Notes: generated from the sequence alone by a model not told the origin. A stretch of DNA of 64,000 bases from an uncultured Chloroflexia bacterium (GCA_963712165.1 CAVQGY010000003.1:434684-498683); one strand, 5' to 3'. Positions 7,645 to 17,787 are shown, numbered from the stretch's first letter. Made by a program: numbers and translations.

Positions 7645-9219
7645 CTATTTACCTTCCCGCGGATCTGCGGTGTTGATAGCTTCATTCACAGCGGTGACAA
7701 GTTGGCCATTTTCAATGAGAGTCCGTACTCGGTCGATTTCTGGTCCCCAGAGGGTATCTCCAGGCTGGTATGGTACATGATCACGGATGATCCTATAGGC
7801 AGCCGCACTACCTTTGCCTGGACTCAGGTCCGGATGGGCGCGAAGGCGCAGATCCAGTGCCCGTGCTGCAGTGTAAAGCTCGATGGCAAGTACCTGGCGA
7901 GTATTTTTAACAACCTGCAAGGCGTGCCTTGATGCTGTCATAGCATTGGCATTATGGTCTTCCTGGGATCCAGAGGTTGGAAGTGAGTAGATCGAATCTG
8001 GACCGGCCAGGGATCTATTCTCAAGGACCAGGGAGGCAGCTGTATATTGGGGCATCATCATTCCGGAATTCAAACCAGCAGCCTGATCATTATCAACCAG
8101 CATAGGCGGAAGGTCTCCGTTTAATCGTCCGTCCGTTAATCGATAGGTCCTTCTCTCAGAGATGCCCGCAATTTCTGAGAGGGCTATTGCAATAAAATCC
8201 ATGACCATGCCCACCGGTTCACCATGAAAATTGCCCCCTGAGATCGCCTCTTCATCTGAAAATACCAAAGGATTATCTGTGGCAGCGTTGATCTCCCGGA
8301 GAATGACGGATTCCGAAAAATCCAGGGTCTCGTAAACGGGTCCATGTACTTGGGGGCTGCAGCGGAGTGAATACGCATCCTGGATGCGGTCGGTGGAATC
8401 GAGCAGTGTGCTGCCATGTGTTATAGCCAGAATCCTTTTTGCGAACCCGATCTGACCTGGGTGTTGACGTGATTCATGAATGCGGGGATCAAAAGCACTC
8501 GAGATCCCCTGAAGGCTTTCCAGACTCAAACTGAGGGCGATCTCTGCGACCTTGAGCAGATTCCTTGTTTCGGCGCATACCAGGGATGCGATTGCAGCCG
8601 AGAATGTCGCACCATTATTGAGGGCTAAACCTTCTTTTTCTTTCAGAATGATCCTGGGAATGCCCGCCAAAGCCATGGCTTGTTTCCCGGAGTAGATATT
8701 TCCTTGATAACTAGCAAAACCTGAGTGCTCTTCAAGGTCTTGTGGATCTGTGGATAGGACCAGGCCTAGATGAGATAAGGGAGCAAGGTCCCCCGAAGAC
8801 CCTAAAGAACCCTGGGAGGGAATGATGGGATGAACTCCCTTGTTCAGCATCTCCAGGAGGGTGTTGATCAGGTCCGGACGAACGCCAGAGTAACCCTTGG
8901 CCAATGTATTTGCCCTGATCAGGATAGCGGCCCGAACCACTTCCTGGGGAAGATCCTCCCCCGTGCCCACAGAGTGGCTGAGAATTAAATTTCGGTTCAA
9001 TTTCTGGATCTCTTGGGTGGATATCTTCTTATCCGCAAAGATCCCAAATCCTGTATTGATACCGTAAACCGGCTTACCGCGTTTGATGATCTTTTCGACC
9101 CATTTCCTTGATTGGGCAATTTGCTGAACAGATCTTTCAGAGAGAGCTACTTCCTCTTTCTCAAATACAACACGCTGGATTTCTTCTAAGCTCAGTGAAT
9201 GTCCGTCAATTTCGATCAT
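7645..9219 (-). CDS. hutH: Histidine ammonia-lyase (MIO-dependent aromatic amino acid lyase family)
   Basis: VYGINTGFG, LILSHSVG (the Ser-His selectivity pair of HALs) and GSLGSSGDLAPLSHL (MIO loop, SSG instead of ASG). Start set at MIEIDGHSLSLEEI (524 aa), matching HAL N-termini. Confidence 0.9.
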   Translation of the reverse strand: MIEIDGHSLSLEEIQRVVFEKEEVALSERSVQQIAQSRKWVEKIIKRGKPVYGINTGFGIFADKKISTQEIQKLNRNLILSHSVGTGEDLPQEVVRAAILIRANTLAKGYSGVRPDLINTLLEMLNKGVHPIIPSQGSLGSSGDLAPLSHLGLVLSTDPQDLEEHSGFASYQGNIYSGKQAMALAGIPRIILKEKEGLALNNGATFSAAIASLVCAETRNLLKVAEIALSLSLESLQGISSAFDPRIHESRQHPGQIGFAKRILAITHGSTLLDSTDRIQDAYSLRCSPQVHGPVYETLDFSESVILREINAATDNPLVFSDEEAISGGNFHGEPVGMVMDFIAIALSEIAGISERRTYRLTDGRLNGDLPPMLVDNDQAAGLNSGMMMPQYTAASLVLENRSLAGPDSIYSLPTSGSQEDHNANAMTASRHALQVVKNTRQVLAIELYTAARALDLRLRAHPDLSPGKGSAAAYRIIRDHVPYQPGDTLWGPEIDRVRTLIENGQLVTAVNEAINTADPREGK

Positions 9220-9271
9220 ATAAGGTCCCCATGAATACTCCCCCTTTAGAAGGTAGTTATCATAAAACAGA

Positions 9272-10060
9272 TCACCATGGCATGGATGGTTCCTTGCAGG
9301 GCATATCTTCCCGATCAATATTTTTATACATGGTGACATTATCGAAAGGCTCATTCATTATATTGTCGTGAATAGCCCAGGAGCGCAGACGGACATGTCC
9401 AGCTGCGCGCGGATCGCGGAAAGGAGTACTCCCGTTCAGGAGGGGTAGGAAATCGCCGCCAGGAGAGAATCCTTCATTGATCCGCTTGATGAACCTTTTT
9501 CCCTTCTGATAATGAAAATGGTAATGCTCAAAGATAACTGCCACATGATAAAAGAGGGGTTCAACAAAAAAAAGGTCATGCCCCATGCAGCTCACGAATT
9601 CTTCGAACTGCCGCAAAGATTCCTTAAATAGGCGGGGGCCTCGATAGATTTGGCCAGGTGCCAGGCCGGCCTGGAGTGCCTTGAATTCTTCCTCCAGATT
9701 ACGCTGATTGGTTCCGAAACTGGTTTTTGATCCATCGGGCATACGGTCGACATTGAATCGAGGAGCTTGAACATCGTTCATGCCGTAAAGGAGAATATGG
9801 ATCTGGCCGTGGATGGTGTCTGTGATGTGGCCAAAGATGATCGGGTCTGAAGCTTCAGCTTGATGATAGAGGGCGAGTTCTGCATCTGATGTTCCGGGAT
9901 CGCACTTGAGATGGAACAGATCGTTGTTATGCTGATCACGAAGTTCGGGGGAAATATTGAATAAATCAAGCAATCCAGGTGGGATGATCTTGCTATAGGC
10001 TTCCCTCTTCTGATCAGCAGGCAGTTCGTTAATTGCAGCTATGGTTGAAGGAAGGCTCAT
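9272..10060 (-). CDS. Hypothetical cytoplasmic protein, 262 aa, no domain recognised
   Basis: Long ORF, same strand and tightly spaced between smpB and hutH. His-rich segment FEHYHFHYQKG. No TM segment or signal peptide. Confidence 0.6.
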   Translation of the reverse strand: MSLPSTIAAINELPADQKREAYSKIIPPGLLDLFNISPELRDQHNNDLFHLKCDPGTSDAELALYHQAEASDPIIFGHITDTIHGQIHILLYGMNDVQAPRFNVDRMPDGSKTSFGTNQRNLEEEFKALQAGLAPGQIYRGPRLFKESLRQFEEFVSCMGHDLFFVEPLFYHVAVIFEHYHFHYQKGKRFIKRINEGFSPGGDFLPLLNGSTPFRDPRAAGHVRLRSWAIHDNIMNEPFDNVTMYKNIDREDMPCKEPSMPW

Positions 10061-10085
10061 ATTTTGTCCAGTTGGGGAGGATAGC

Positions 10086-10550
10086 CTAGAATCCGATCCT
10101 TCTTAACTCTCTCTCTGTTTGTCTCTGGGTATCCCGTTCGGCAATATCCTTTCTTTTATCGTGCAGTTTTTTGCCTTTTGCGACCGCGATCTCAATCTTG
10201 GCTTTTCCGCCCGAGAGGAAAACCCGCAGGGGCACAACGGTATTGCCTTTAATGCGGACTTTGTCCCATATTTCGAGAATCTCTTTTTTATGCAGAAGTA
10301 ATTTCCTTCTGCGCTGGGGGTTGTGGTTCAGGGAGCTGGCCTGTTCATAGGGATGGATGTATGAATCCACCAACCAGGCTTCCTCACCATCCACGTGCAC
10401 ATAAGCCTGATCAATACTGACTTGATGGTTGCGTATAGATTTGATTTCGGAACCCAGGAGGACTATGCCGGCTTCGTACGTATCCAGGATCTGGAAGTTA
10501 AAGAAAGCCTTTTTATTCTTGGCGATCGTCTTTCCACTCATGCGACCCAT
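10086..10550 (-). CDS. smpB: SsrA-binding protein SmpB
   Basis: KTIAKNKKAFFNFQILDTYEAGIVLLGSEIKSIR... and the basic C-terminal tail are typical of SmpB. Confidence 0.95.
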   Translation of the reverse strand: MGRMSGKTIAKNKKAFFNFQILDTYEAGIVLLGSEIKSIRNHQVSIDQAYVHVDGEEAWLVDSYIHPYEQASSLNHNPQRRRKLLLHKKEILEIWDKVRIKGNTVVPLRVFLSGGKAKIEIAVAKGKKLHDKRKDIAERDTQRQTERELRRIGF

Positions 10551-10580
10551 TTTAACACAGAATGGGAAACAGCCTCGATT

Positions 10581-11648
10581 CTACTTGATCACTATCCGGG
10601 TCCCAAACCCATGGCTGGACTTGTTGCAGTGATCTTTATATGGCGGATCATAGGGGGGGGTTGTCCAGCAGAAGAACCATTTTGCGTCTTGATTCCTGAG
10701 ATTGACACAACCGTGGCTCATTTGATTGCCAAAATTATTGTGCCAATATGTGCCGTGAAAAGCTACTCCTGTTTCGTAGATGAAAAAGCCTGTCCAGGGA
10801 ACGCCGGGCAGCGTGTAGCTGCCCGGTGCCCCGGTTGCAACTACTCCGCCCATATGTTTTGAGGGATATTTCGAAGTCAAATAAAAGACCCCTCGAGGAG
10901 TAGCGGTGGCATATGGATCACTTGTATCAACTTCCCTGTAACCCAAGCCAGTGGAAGCTGTCGTGTGATAAACAAGTTTGTTATCCTCATAGGCGGACAT
11001 AGTCTGGTCTTCGAGCGATACGCGAATGTGTTTCTTTTCAGGCGGCACATGAATGCTGGTAGGCAGGTATTCCACATCCTGGACCAATCTTAAATGATCT
11101 CTCCGCACATAGTATTTCAGAGTATCGGACAGTTCTGAAGTAAGCTCGTACCAGGGAGTTCCATCTGGACCGGGTTTTATCCCTGAAATCCAGTGGGTGG
11201 TTTCGTAGTAAAGGCGATATTTGAACCTCCATCCCATAGACGGGCTGGAGGAATAGGCATCTGTGAATGGGACAGTCACTTCAGCCAAATTCCCGCACTG
11301 GGCGATTTTTTCAACAGGATGGTTCAGCCGATAACGTGTAGGCTGGACGTAAACTCCTGGTAAGTAACCTCCCCAGACCCGATACCATTGATCTGGCGAA
11401 CCTTCCTCTCTGGGAATTTTCAATTCGTAATAAAGATGGAGAAGTTCGTCAAAAGCAGTCTCACGGACGACTTCACTATCCAGATCTGGTTCTTTATAGA
11501 TTGAGATCACTTTATCGTCAGCTGCGATCCGGCCAACGACTCCCCTGGTTTTCTTTAAGCCTAAAACAGGGGACCAGGATTTGAATCCAGTCCCCAGTAG
11601 GGTAAACAAGGATAGTCTAAGAAAGTCCTTACGGGAAAACGAATGCAA
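10581..11648 (-). CDS. L,D-transpeptidase (YkuD domain) with large N-terminal domain
   Basis: C-terminal HGTYWHNNFGNQMSHGCVNLRNQDAKWFF (YkuD catalytic His/Cys). Start proposed at TTG 11648 (GGAGG 5 nt upstream), giving a Tat-like signal MHSFSRKDFLRLSLFTLLGTG. The ORF-track start 11822 would overlap the divergent radical-SAM gene. Confidence 0.75.
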   Translation of the reverse strand: MHSFSRKDFLRLSLFTLLGTGFKSWSPVLGLKKTRGVVGRIAADDKVISIYKEPDLDSEVVRETAFDELLHLYYELKIPREEGSPDQWYRVWGGYLPGVYVQPTRYRLNHPVEKIAQCGNLAEVTVPFTDAYSSSPSMGWRFKYRLYYETTHWISGIKPGPDGTPWYELTSELSDTLKYYVRRDHLRLVQDVEYLPTSIHVPPEKKHIRVSLEDQTMSAYEDNKLVYHTTASTGLGYREVDTSDPYATATPRGVFYLTSKYPSKHMGGVVATGAPGSYTLPGVPWTGFFIYETGVAFHGTYWHNNFGNQMSHGCVNLRNQDAKWFFCWTTPPYDPPYKDHCNKSSHGFGTRIVIK

Positions 11649-11770
11649 GTACACCTCCCATACAGATTCTATCCAAGAGTTCCTGGAATAGCAAGCAGGC
11701 TGTTTCTTGGCGGAAAATATCTTCGAATAGTTATTCTTGTATAGTAATATTCGATAGAGGAGGTTGCTGA

Positions 11771-12676
11771 ATGGAATGGCCAGCCTATAAAGACCTGATG
11801 CGAAAAGGGATATTGAAGGCAAAAGCTGAGGAGATCAACCAGAAACTCGCAGCATGTGGCCTTTGTCCCCGGGATTGCCAGGTCAACAGGTTTAAGGGTG
11901 AAATTGGCAGCTGCGGGGTGGGGGAACAAGCCTGGGTGAGCAGCTATGGTCCCCATCATGGTGAGGAAAAACCACTGCGAGGCCGGCATGGATCGGGGAC
12001 GATCTTTTTCAGTGGATGTAATTTAGATTGTGTCTACTGCCAGAACGCAGATATCAGCCAACAGCTTTCCGGCCGGCCGTACACTCCGCGTGAGTTGAGT
12101 TCAATGATGTTGGAATTACAGGCTATGGGTTGTCATAATATCAATCTGGTATCTCCCACTCACGTCGTGGGCCAGATAGCCCTAGCTGTTGCGTTGGCAG
12201 TGGAGGAAGGCCTATCTTTGCCTATTGTTTATAATACTGGCGGGTACGACAGGGTGGAAACCCTTTCCTTGCTGGATGGCATCATTGATATCTACATGCC
12301 TGATATGAAGTACAGCCAATCAGAGACCGGGGAATGTTATTCTGGTATTCCAAATTACGCGGAAATAAACCAAATAGCTGTGCTTGAAATGCACCGGCAA
12401 GTGGGGGATCTTGTCTTGGACTCATCAGGGATTGCCCGAACCGGGTTATTGATCCGACATTTGGTGCTTCCAGGGGATCTGGCTGGTTCGTCAACGGTCC
12501 TGCGTTTTATTGCAGAAAAGATATCCAAAAACACCTACTTGAATATCATGGATCAATACCACCCGGCTTATCAAGCCCAGTTATATCCAGCGCTGGATCG
12601 ACGAGTTTCCAGCAGGGAATTCCGGGCTGTGATAGAGGAAGCAAATCAATGGGGGCTCTCAAGATTGGACCTGTGA
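11771..12676 (+). CDS. Radical SAM protein (PflX / COG1313-like activating-enzyme family)
   Basis: CNLDCVYCQN is a CxxxCxxC cluster motif. N-terminal extra Cys motif CGLCPRDCQVNR. GAGGAGG lies 7 nt upstream of the ATG. Confidence 0.8.
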   Translation: MEWPAYKDLMRKGILKAKAEEINQKLAACGLCPRDCQVNRFKGEIGSCGVGEQAWVSSYGPHHGEEKPLRGRHGSGTIFFSGCNLDCVYCQNADISQQLSGRPYTPRELSSMMLELQAMGCHNINLVSPTHVVGQIALAVALAVEEGLSLPIVYNTGGYDRVETLSLLDGIIDIYMPDMKYSQSETGECYSGIPNYAEINQIAVLEMHRQVGDLVLDSSGIARTGLLIRHLVLPGDLAGSSTVLRFIAEKISKNTYLNIMDQYHPAYQAQLYPALDRRVSSREFRAVIEEANQWGLSRLDL

Positions 12677-12850
12677 ATCTAATCAACTTCATTCAGGAAA
12701 TAGAGTTGGATAACAACCCAGATTCAGGGGATTTCAGTGGAGGACGAACCTGGAGCCAGATGTTATAATACGACCAATTCAAGCAATTTGATTTATCGCC
12801 TTTATTATTTCAGAAATCAGATAGTTGCCCCCCTATTTTGGAGGAGTTCT

Positions 12851-13600
12851 ATGTCAGGACATTCAAAGTGGTCGACCATTAAGCATAAGAAGGCCCAGAC
12901 TGATGCCCGTCGTGGCGCGGTTTATACGAAACTTGCCAAGGAAATCCAAATAGCAGCCAGAGAAGGTGGCGGGGATCCTAGCGTGAATATTGGTCTGCGG
13001 ATGGCAATCGATCGCGCCAAGTCCTCAAATATGCCTAACTCGAATATCGAGCGGGCCATCAAGAGGGGCACAGGGGAAGACAAAGACGCTGCGGTGATGG
13101 AGAAGATCTATTATGAGGGTTATGCTCCCCATGGCGTAGCGGTTATTCTAAACTGCATCACAGATAACCGGAATCGAACGGTGGCGGATATCCGCCATCT
13201 GCTTACCAAACATGGCGGAAGCATGGGGCAGGAGGGCTCAGTTTCCTGGCAGTTCACCCGAAAATCCTTTTTTAACATTCCCTCTGATCAGGCCACATTT
13301 GATGATCTATTTGATATAGCTGCAGAGGCAGGCGCAGATGATGTGCTGGAAGAAACCGATTATTTCGAGATCGTGGGCCCTGTCTCAGCTTTTAAGAATG
13401 TTTTCGATAAGTTGAAGGGATCAGCGATCACCCCAAATGATTCCGGCCTACGCATGGATCCCAAACAGGAGGTCGAACTTAACCTGGAACAGACTGTTCA
13501 GGTGATGAAGCTGATCGATATGCTGGAAGAACTGGATGATGTTCAGGAAGTCTTCTCAAATCTGAAGATCACAGATGAAGCATTGGAAGGTATGGCATAG
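12851..13600 (+). CDS. yebC: YebC/PmpR-family transcriptional regulator
   Basis: MSGHSKWSTIKHKK N-terminus at ATG 12851, with GGAGGAG upstream. The ORF-track extension from 12737 is not supported. Confidence 0.95.
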   Translation: MSGHSKWSTIKHKKAQTDARRGAVYTKLAKEIQIAAREGGGDPSVNIGLRMAIDRAKSSNMPNSNIERAIKRGTGEDKDAAVMEKIYYEGYAPHGVAVILNCITDNRNRTVADIRHLLTKHGGSMGQEGSVSWQFTRKSFFNIPSDQATFDDLFDIAAEAGADDVLEETDYFEIVGPVSAFKNVFDKLKGSAITPNDSGLRMDPKQEVELNLEQTVQVMKLIDMLEELDDVQEVFSNLKITDEALEGMA

Positions 13601-13604
13601 GTGA

Positions 13605-14105
13605 ATGGCTGATCTGAGGACAGTCATCGGGATTGATCCCGGCACCGCGATCACCGGGTACGGAATCATCCGAGAGGAATCTTCCGGAGATCTTGTGTGG
13701 GTGGCCCATGGAGCCATAACCACACCAAGCGATTGGGAGGAACCCCAGCGTTTACTCTATTTATATCGAACCTTGCTTGGCATCATCCAGGATGAAAAGC
13801 CAGATTGTTGTGCGGTGGAGCAGCTGTTCTTCCAGAAAAACGTTAAAACTGCACTTAAAGTAGGCCAGGGGCGAGGAGCCGCGATGATCGCCGCAGCGGA
13901 AGCCGGCCTATCGATTGGAGAATACACACCCTTGGCAATCAAGCAAGCTGTTGTGGGTTATGGAAATGCAGACAAGAATCAGGTTCAACAGATGGTCAAG
14001 ATACTGCTCAATCTGGATGAAATTCCCTATCCTGATGACGCGGCGGACGCCCTGGCTGTTGGGATCTGCCACTTGCATTCAACAAGGAGGGCCCAAAGCA
14101 GATAG
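13605..14105 (+). CDS. ruvC: Holliday junction resolvase RuvC
   Basis: VIGIDPGTAITGYGII... and the C-terminal DAADALAVGICH motif. Confidence 0.95.
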   Translation: MADLRTVIGIDPGTAITGYGIIREESSGDLVWVAHGAITTPSDWEEPQRLLYLYRTLLGIIQDEKPDCCAVEQLFFQKNVKTALKVGQGRGAAMIAAAEAGLSIGEYTPLAIKQAVVGYGNADKNQVQQMVKILLNLDEIPYPDDAADALAVGICHLHSTRRAQSR

Positions 14106-15374
14106 ATGATGATCAATTCGGAACTATATCTTCGATTCGGTGCAGCTATCTTGATAGGTATCTTGATCGGCTTGCAGAGAGAACATGCCTACGGGGCCAG
14201 GGCTAAAAGCGGATTATTTGCAGGTGCCCGGACTTATGCGTTAATGGCGCTCTTTGGAGCTTCTGGAGCGCTGCTGGCAGATATCTTGATGAATCCCTGG
14301 GTGTTTATCGCTGTATTCGCAATTCTGGGAATCATGGTTGGTGTGGCTTATTTCATAACTGCGTCGGAGCGAGATGAGATTGGGCTCACATCCGAGGTTG
14401 CAGCAATATTGACCATCCTTATAGGAGGTATTTGTTATTACCAGTCGATCGAGGTTGCAGTAGCCCTGGGAGTGGTGACCACCGTACTCCTGGCAGTCAA
14501 GTGGGAATTGAAAAAGCTGATCACGATCATTACCAGGGAAGACATTTTCGCAACCCTGCAGTTTGCGGTGATCACGGCAATTGTCTTGCCCGTGCTTCCC
14601 AATAAAACCTTTGGTCCTCCGCCAATAGACGTTCTGAACCCTTACCAGGTCTGGGAAATGGTTGTTTTCATCTCAGGTATCAATTTCCTGGGTTATATCC
14701 TGATCAAGATCGTTGGTCCGAGAAGAGGGCTGGGGATAAGTGGAATTCTGGGGGGGTTAGCCTCCAGCACGGCGACAACGATGAGTTTTTCCCAGCGGAG
14801 CAAAACGCAGGCAGGGTTGGATAAACCTTTTGCTGTCGCGATTATCACAGGCTGGGTGATCATGTTCGTCCGGATCATTGTAGAAGTAGCGGTTGTAAAT
14901 CACGAATTGCTGCCCCTGGTTTGGCCAGCAATGGTTAGTATGGGAGGAGCAGGGCTGTTATACGCGGTATACCTGTATTTCTCTCAGTCTGCAATGGATG
15001 AAGAAGAGCTGCAGATATCCAATCCTTTTGAGTTAGGACCAGCGATCAAGTTCGGCTTGATCTACGCCTTGGTTCTCTTAATAACCAAAGCTGCTGAGCT
15101 GTATATCGGTGAAAGGGGTATTTACCTGACAAGTTTTCTGGCAGGGCTGGCAGATGTGGATGCCATTACCCTTTCAATCTCGGATCTGACCAGATCTGGC
15201 GGATCAATATCATTGTTGACCGGGAAAACCGGTATAGTCCTGGCCGCGATCTCGAACACAGCTTCCAAAGGAGTCCTGGTCTTCCTGCTTGGTTCCCGGA
15301 AATTGAGGATCCGAGTGCTGCCTGCGATCCTGCTGATCTTGCTGATCGGCCTGGGATTTATTTTTTTGAGGTGA
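14106..15374 (+). CDS. MgtC/SapB-family N-terminal domain plus DUF4010 polytopic membrane protein
   Basis: LRFGAAILIGILIGLQRE N-terminus of MgtC type, about 10 or more TM helices. ATG abuts the ruvC stop. Confidence 0.75.
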   Translation: MMINSELYLRFGAAILIGILIGLQREHAYGARAKSGLFAGARTYALMALFGASGALLADILMNPWVFIAVFAILGIMVGVAYFITASERDEIGLTSEVAAILTILIGGICYYQSIEVAVALGVVTTVLLAVKWELKKLITIITREDIFATLQFAVITAIVLPVLPNKTFGPPPIDVLNPYQVWEMVVFISGINFLGYILIKIVGPRRGLGISGILGGLASSTATTMSFSQRSKTQAGLDKPFAVAIITGWVIMFVRIIVEVAVVNHELLPLVWPAMVSMGGAGLLYAVYLYFSQSAMDEEELQISNPFELGPAIKFGLIYALVLLITKAAELYIGERGIYLTSFLAGLADVDAITLSISDLTRSGGSISLLTGKTGIVLAAISNTASKGVLVFLLGSRKLRIRVLPAILLILLIGLGFIFLR

Positions 15375-15384
15375 GGTTCTGACA

Positions 15385-15960
15385 ATGATTGCCAGCATTC
15401 AGGGAAATGTCATTCGGTTTGGAGCGGATTATATTGTAGTGGAAACCGGAGGGATTGGTTACCAGGTTTTTGTGCCGAGCCAGATATTTGATGGACTCCG
15501 GGTGGGAGAAAAAATATCGCTGTTAACCCAGCTGATCGTTCGAGAGGATTCCTTGACCTTGTTCGGTTTCCGTGATCTAGAGGAGCTAGGGCTGTTCCAG
15601 GAACTGATCCGGGTGAATGGGGTTGGTCCACGATTAGCCCTGGAAACCCTTGCTACACACTCCCCGGATGTCATAAAAAGAGCCGTGCTCAACAAACAGG
15701 AAGAGATCTTTGCCCAGGTAGCCGGGATTGGTAAGAAGACTGCCCAAAAGATCATCCTTTCACTCGAGGACAGGATCTCATTTGAGGATGGTTTGTTGTT
15801 TACTCCTGAAACTGCGGGCATCAACGGGGAGGTTCAGGAAGCCTTGATCAGCCTTGGATACACTGTCCTTGAAGCTCAGGCAGCCCTGCAAACCATACCT
15901 GAAGATGCTCCCCTCGACCTGGAAGTACGGTTGACCTTTGCCTTGAGATATTTCAGCTGA
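15385..15960 (+). CDS. ruvA: Holliday junction branch-migration complex subunit RuvA
   Basis: MIASIQGNVIRFGADYIVVETGGIGYQVFVP and the HhH region LIRVNGVGPRLALE. Confidence 0.95.
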   Translation: MIASIQGNVIRFGADYIVVETGGIGYQVFVPSQIFDGLRVGEKISLLTQLIVREDSLTLFGFRDLEELGLFQELIRVNGVGPRLALETLATHSPDVIKRAVLNKQEEIFAQVAGIGKKTAQKIILSLEDRISFEDGLLFTPETAGINGEVQEALISLGYTVLEAQAALQTIPEDAPLDLEVRLTFALRYFS

Positions 15961-16088
15961 CAAGGTTTGCTAGACAATCTGTCAACTATCAGTTATCATC
16001 TATTCGGTTAGGACAGGCAGTAATCTAATGCCTGAATCAAGATCTAATGAGCAGCGATTTTAAGGTTTTTTAGCGGCTTTAAGCGCTC

Positions 16089-17759
16089 ATGATTAACAAT
16101 CACAGCGGAGGAATCGTGTCTGAATCCATTAATCAAATTACTGCGGAATTCAAAAAATTTATTGATGATTTTCAGCCAACTGCGGGCGTGCAAAGTATGG
16201 GCAGTGTTATGGAGGCTGGTGATGGTATCGCCCTGGTCAACGGGCTATCAGATGTCCAGGCCCAGGAACTGGTCCAATTTGAAAACGGAGTCTTTGGAAC
16301 GGCTTTTAACCTGGAGAAGGATACGGTAGGCGTGATCATCATGGGGGAATATGATCACATCATCGAGGGCATGGAAGTCCGTTCAACGAACCGAATTACA
16401 TCAGTGCCCGTTGGTGATGGCCTGATCGGTCGAGTGATCAATGCCATAGGCCAGCCCATTGATGGCAAAGGCGCCATCCGCAGCAGCGGATTTCGCCCGA
16501 TTGAGGTAATAGCGCCAGGTGTTATTGAGCGCAAAGATGTCGATCAGCCGCTTCAGACGGGTATCAAAGCCATCGACTCCATGATCCCGATCGGCCGGGG
16601 ACAGCGAGAATTGATCATCGGCGACCGTCAGACTGGGAAGACTGCCATTGCGATGGACACGATCATAAACCAGAAAGGGAAAGATGTTATCTGTATCTAT
16701 GTGGCGATCGGACAGAAAAAGGCAGGTATTGCCAGGACTGTAGCAATACTTGAGGAATTCGGGGCCATGGAGCATACTATTGTGATCTCTGCATCTGCTG
16801 AAGAACCCAGCGCGCTCCAGTACATCGCTCCCTACGCAGGCTGTGCGATCGGTGAAGAATTCATGGAGAACGGTCAGGACGCCTTGATTGTCTATGACGA
16901 CCTTTCCAAACACGCCTGGTCATACCGCGAACTATCCCTGCTGCTCCGGCGCCCTCCAGGGCGAGAAGCATATCCGGGAGACTTGTTTTATCTGCATTCC
17001 CGCTTGCTGGAAAGAGCAGCAAGAATGGCCGATCACTTCGTGATCGTTGATGAGAAATTTTCCGACGACATGGCGGATGGATCCGACTCCCTCGATGGGA
17101 AGATCTACACCGGTCCCGTTGCCCATGATGATGCCAAGAAAGGCCTTCAAAAATTGGGCAAGGGAAAGATTGTCAAGGTCCGTGGATCAGGCGGATCGTT
17201 AACAGCACTGCCCATAATTGAGACCTTGTTGGGGGACGTCTCAGCCTATGTCCCCACAAATGTGATATCGATCACAGATGGGCAGATCTATCTAGAAAAT
17301 GACCTCTTCTATTCCGGTATCCGGCCTGCTATCAACGCCGGTATCTCTGTCTCACGAGTTGGAGGTGACGCTCAGATCAAGGCCATGAAACAGGTGGCAG
17401 GTCAGCTCCGCCTGGATATGGCTGCATTCCGTGAATTGGCGGCTTTCGCTCAATTTGGATCGGATCTTGATAAGGCAACCCAGGCGCGGCTGGATAGAGG
17501 ACGCCGTCTGAGAGAAGTGCTCAAACAGCCTCAATTCTCACCAGTGCCGATTGCTAACCAGATCGTAGTTATCTATGCTGCCACAAAAGGATTTGCAGAT
17601 CAGGTCAGCCTAACAGATATGATCAATTGGGAGGAATCCCTGATTCAGTACGTCGAGAGCAGCCACCCCGATCTGCTTCAAGCCATTCTGGAAGAAAAAC
17701 AGATCACCCCTGAAATTGAGGAGAGGTTGAAGTCTGCTCTGGGTGACTTTTCTTTTTAG
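16089..17759 (+). CDS. atpA: F1 ATP synthase alpha subunit (with extended variable loop)
   Basis: P-loop GDRQTGKT and [35 protein letters not shown]. 556 aa versus about 505 typical. GTG at 16116 is a possible alternative start. Confidence 0.95.
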   Translation: MINNHSGGIVSESINQITAEFKKFIDDFQPTAGVQSMGSVMEAGDGIALVNGLSDVQAQELVQFENGVFGTAFNLEKDTVGVIIMGEYDHIIEGMEVRSTNRITSVPVGDGLIGRVINAIGQPIDGKGAIRSSGFRPIEVIAPGVIERKDVDQPLQTGIKAIDSMIPIGRGQRELIIGDRQTGKTAIAMDTIINQKGKDVICIYVAIGQKKAGIARTVAILEEFGAMEHTIVISASAEEPSALQYIAPYAGCAIGEEFMENGQDALIVYDDLSKHAWSYRELSLLLRRPPGREAYPGDLFYLHSRLLERAARMADHFVIVDEKFSDDMADGSDSLDGKIYTGPVAHDDAKKGLQKLGKGKIVKVRGSGGSLTALPIIETLLGDVSAYVPTNVISITDGQIYLENDLFYSGIRPAINAGISVSRVGGDAQIKAMKQVAGQLRLDMAAFRELAAFAQFGSDLDKATQARLDRGRRLREVLKQPQFSPVPIANQIVVIYAATKGFADQVSLTDMINWEESLIQYVESSHPDLLQAILEEKQITPEIEERLKSALGDFSF

Positions 17760-17787
17760 GGGTAGACAAGGAACTGATAGATAATCC

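Noticed and set aside
8791-8799. The MIO-forming tripeptide of the histidine ammonia-lyase reads Ser-Ser-Gly instead of the textbook Ala-Ser-Gly.
   Set aside because: MIO formation uses the backbone of the first residue, the Ser side chain and the Gly amide, and variation at the first position is tolerated in this enzyme family. The surrounding loop GSLG-SSG-DLAPLSHL is otherwise canonical, so this is probably not functionally special.
12737-12850. N-terminal extensions in the ORF track for yebC. The same applies to hutH (9220..9354), rex (22297..22392), nadD (23656..23790), udk (54386..54448), proC, the nitroreductase, the lipoprotein at 6858..6947 and the GT4 gene (57891..57974).
   Set aside because: Homolog N-termini begin at internal start codons that carry GGAGG-type Shine-Dalgarno sites at 4-9 nt (hutH at 18 nt). 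The extensions overlap neighbouring genes, promoters or terminators.
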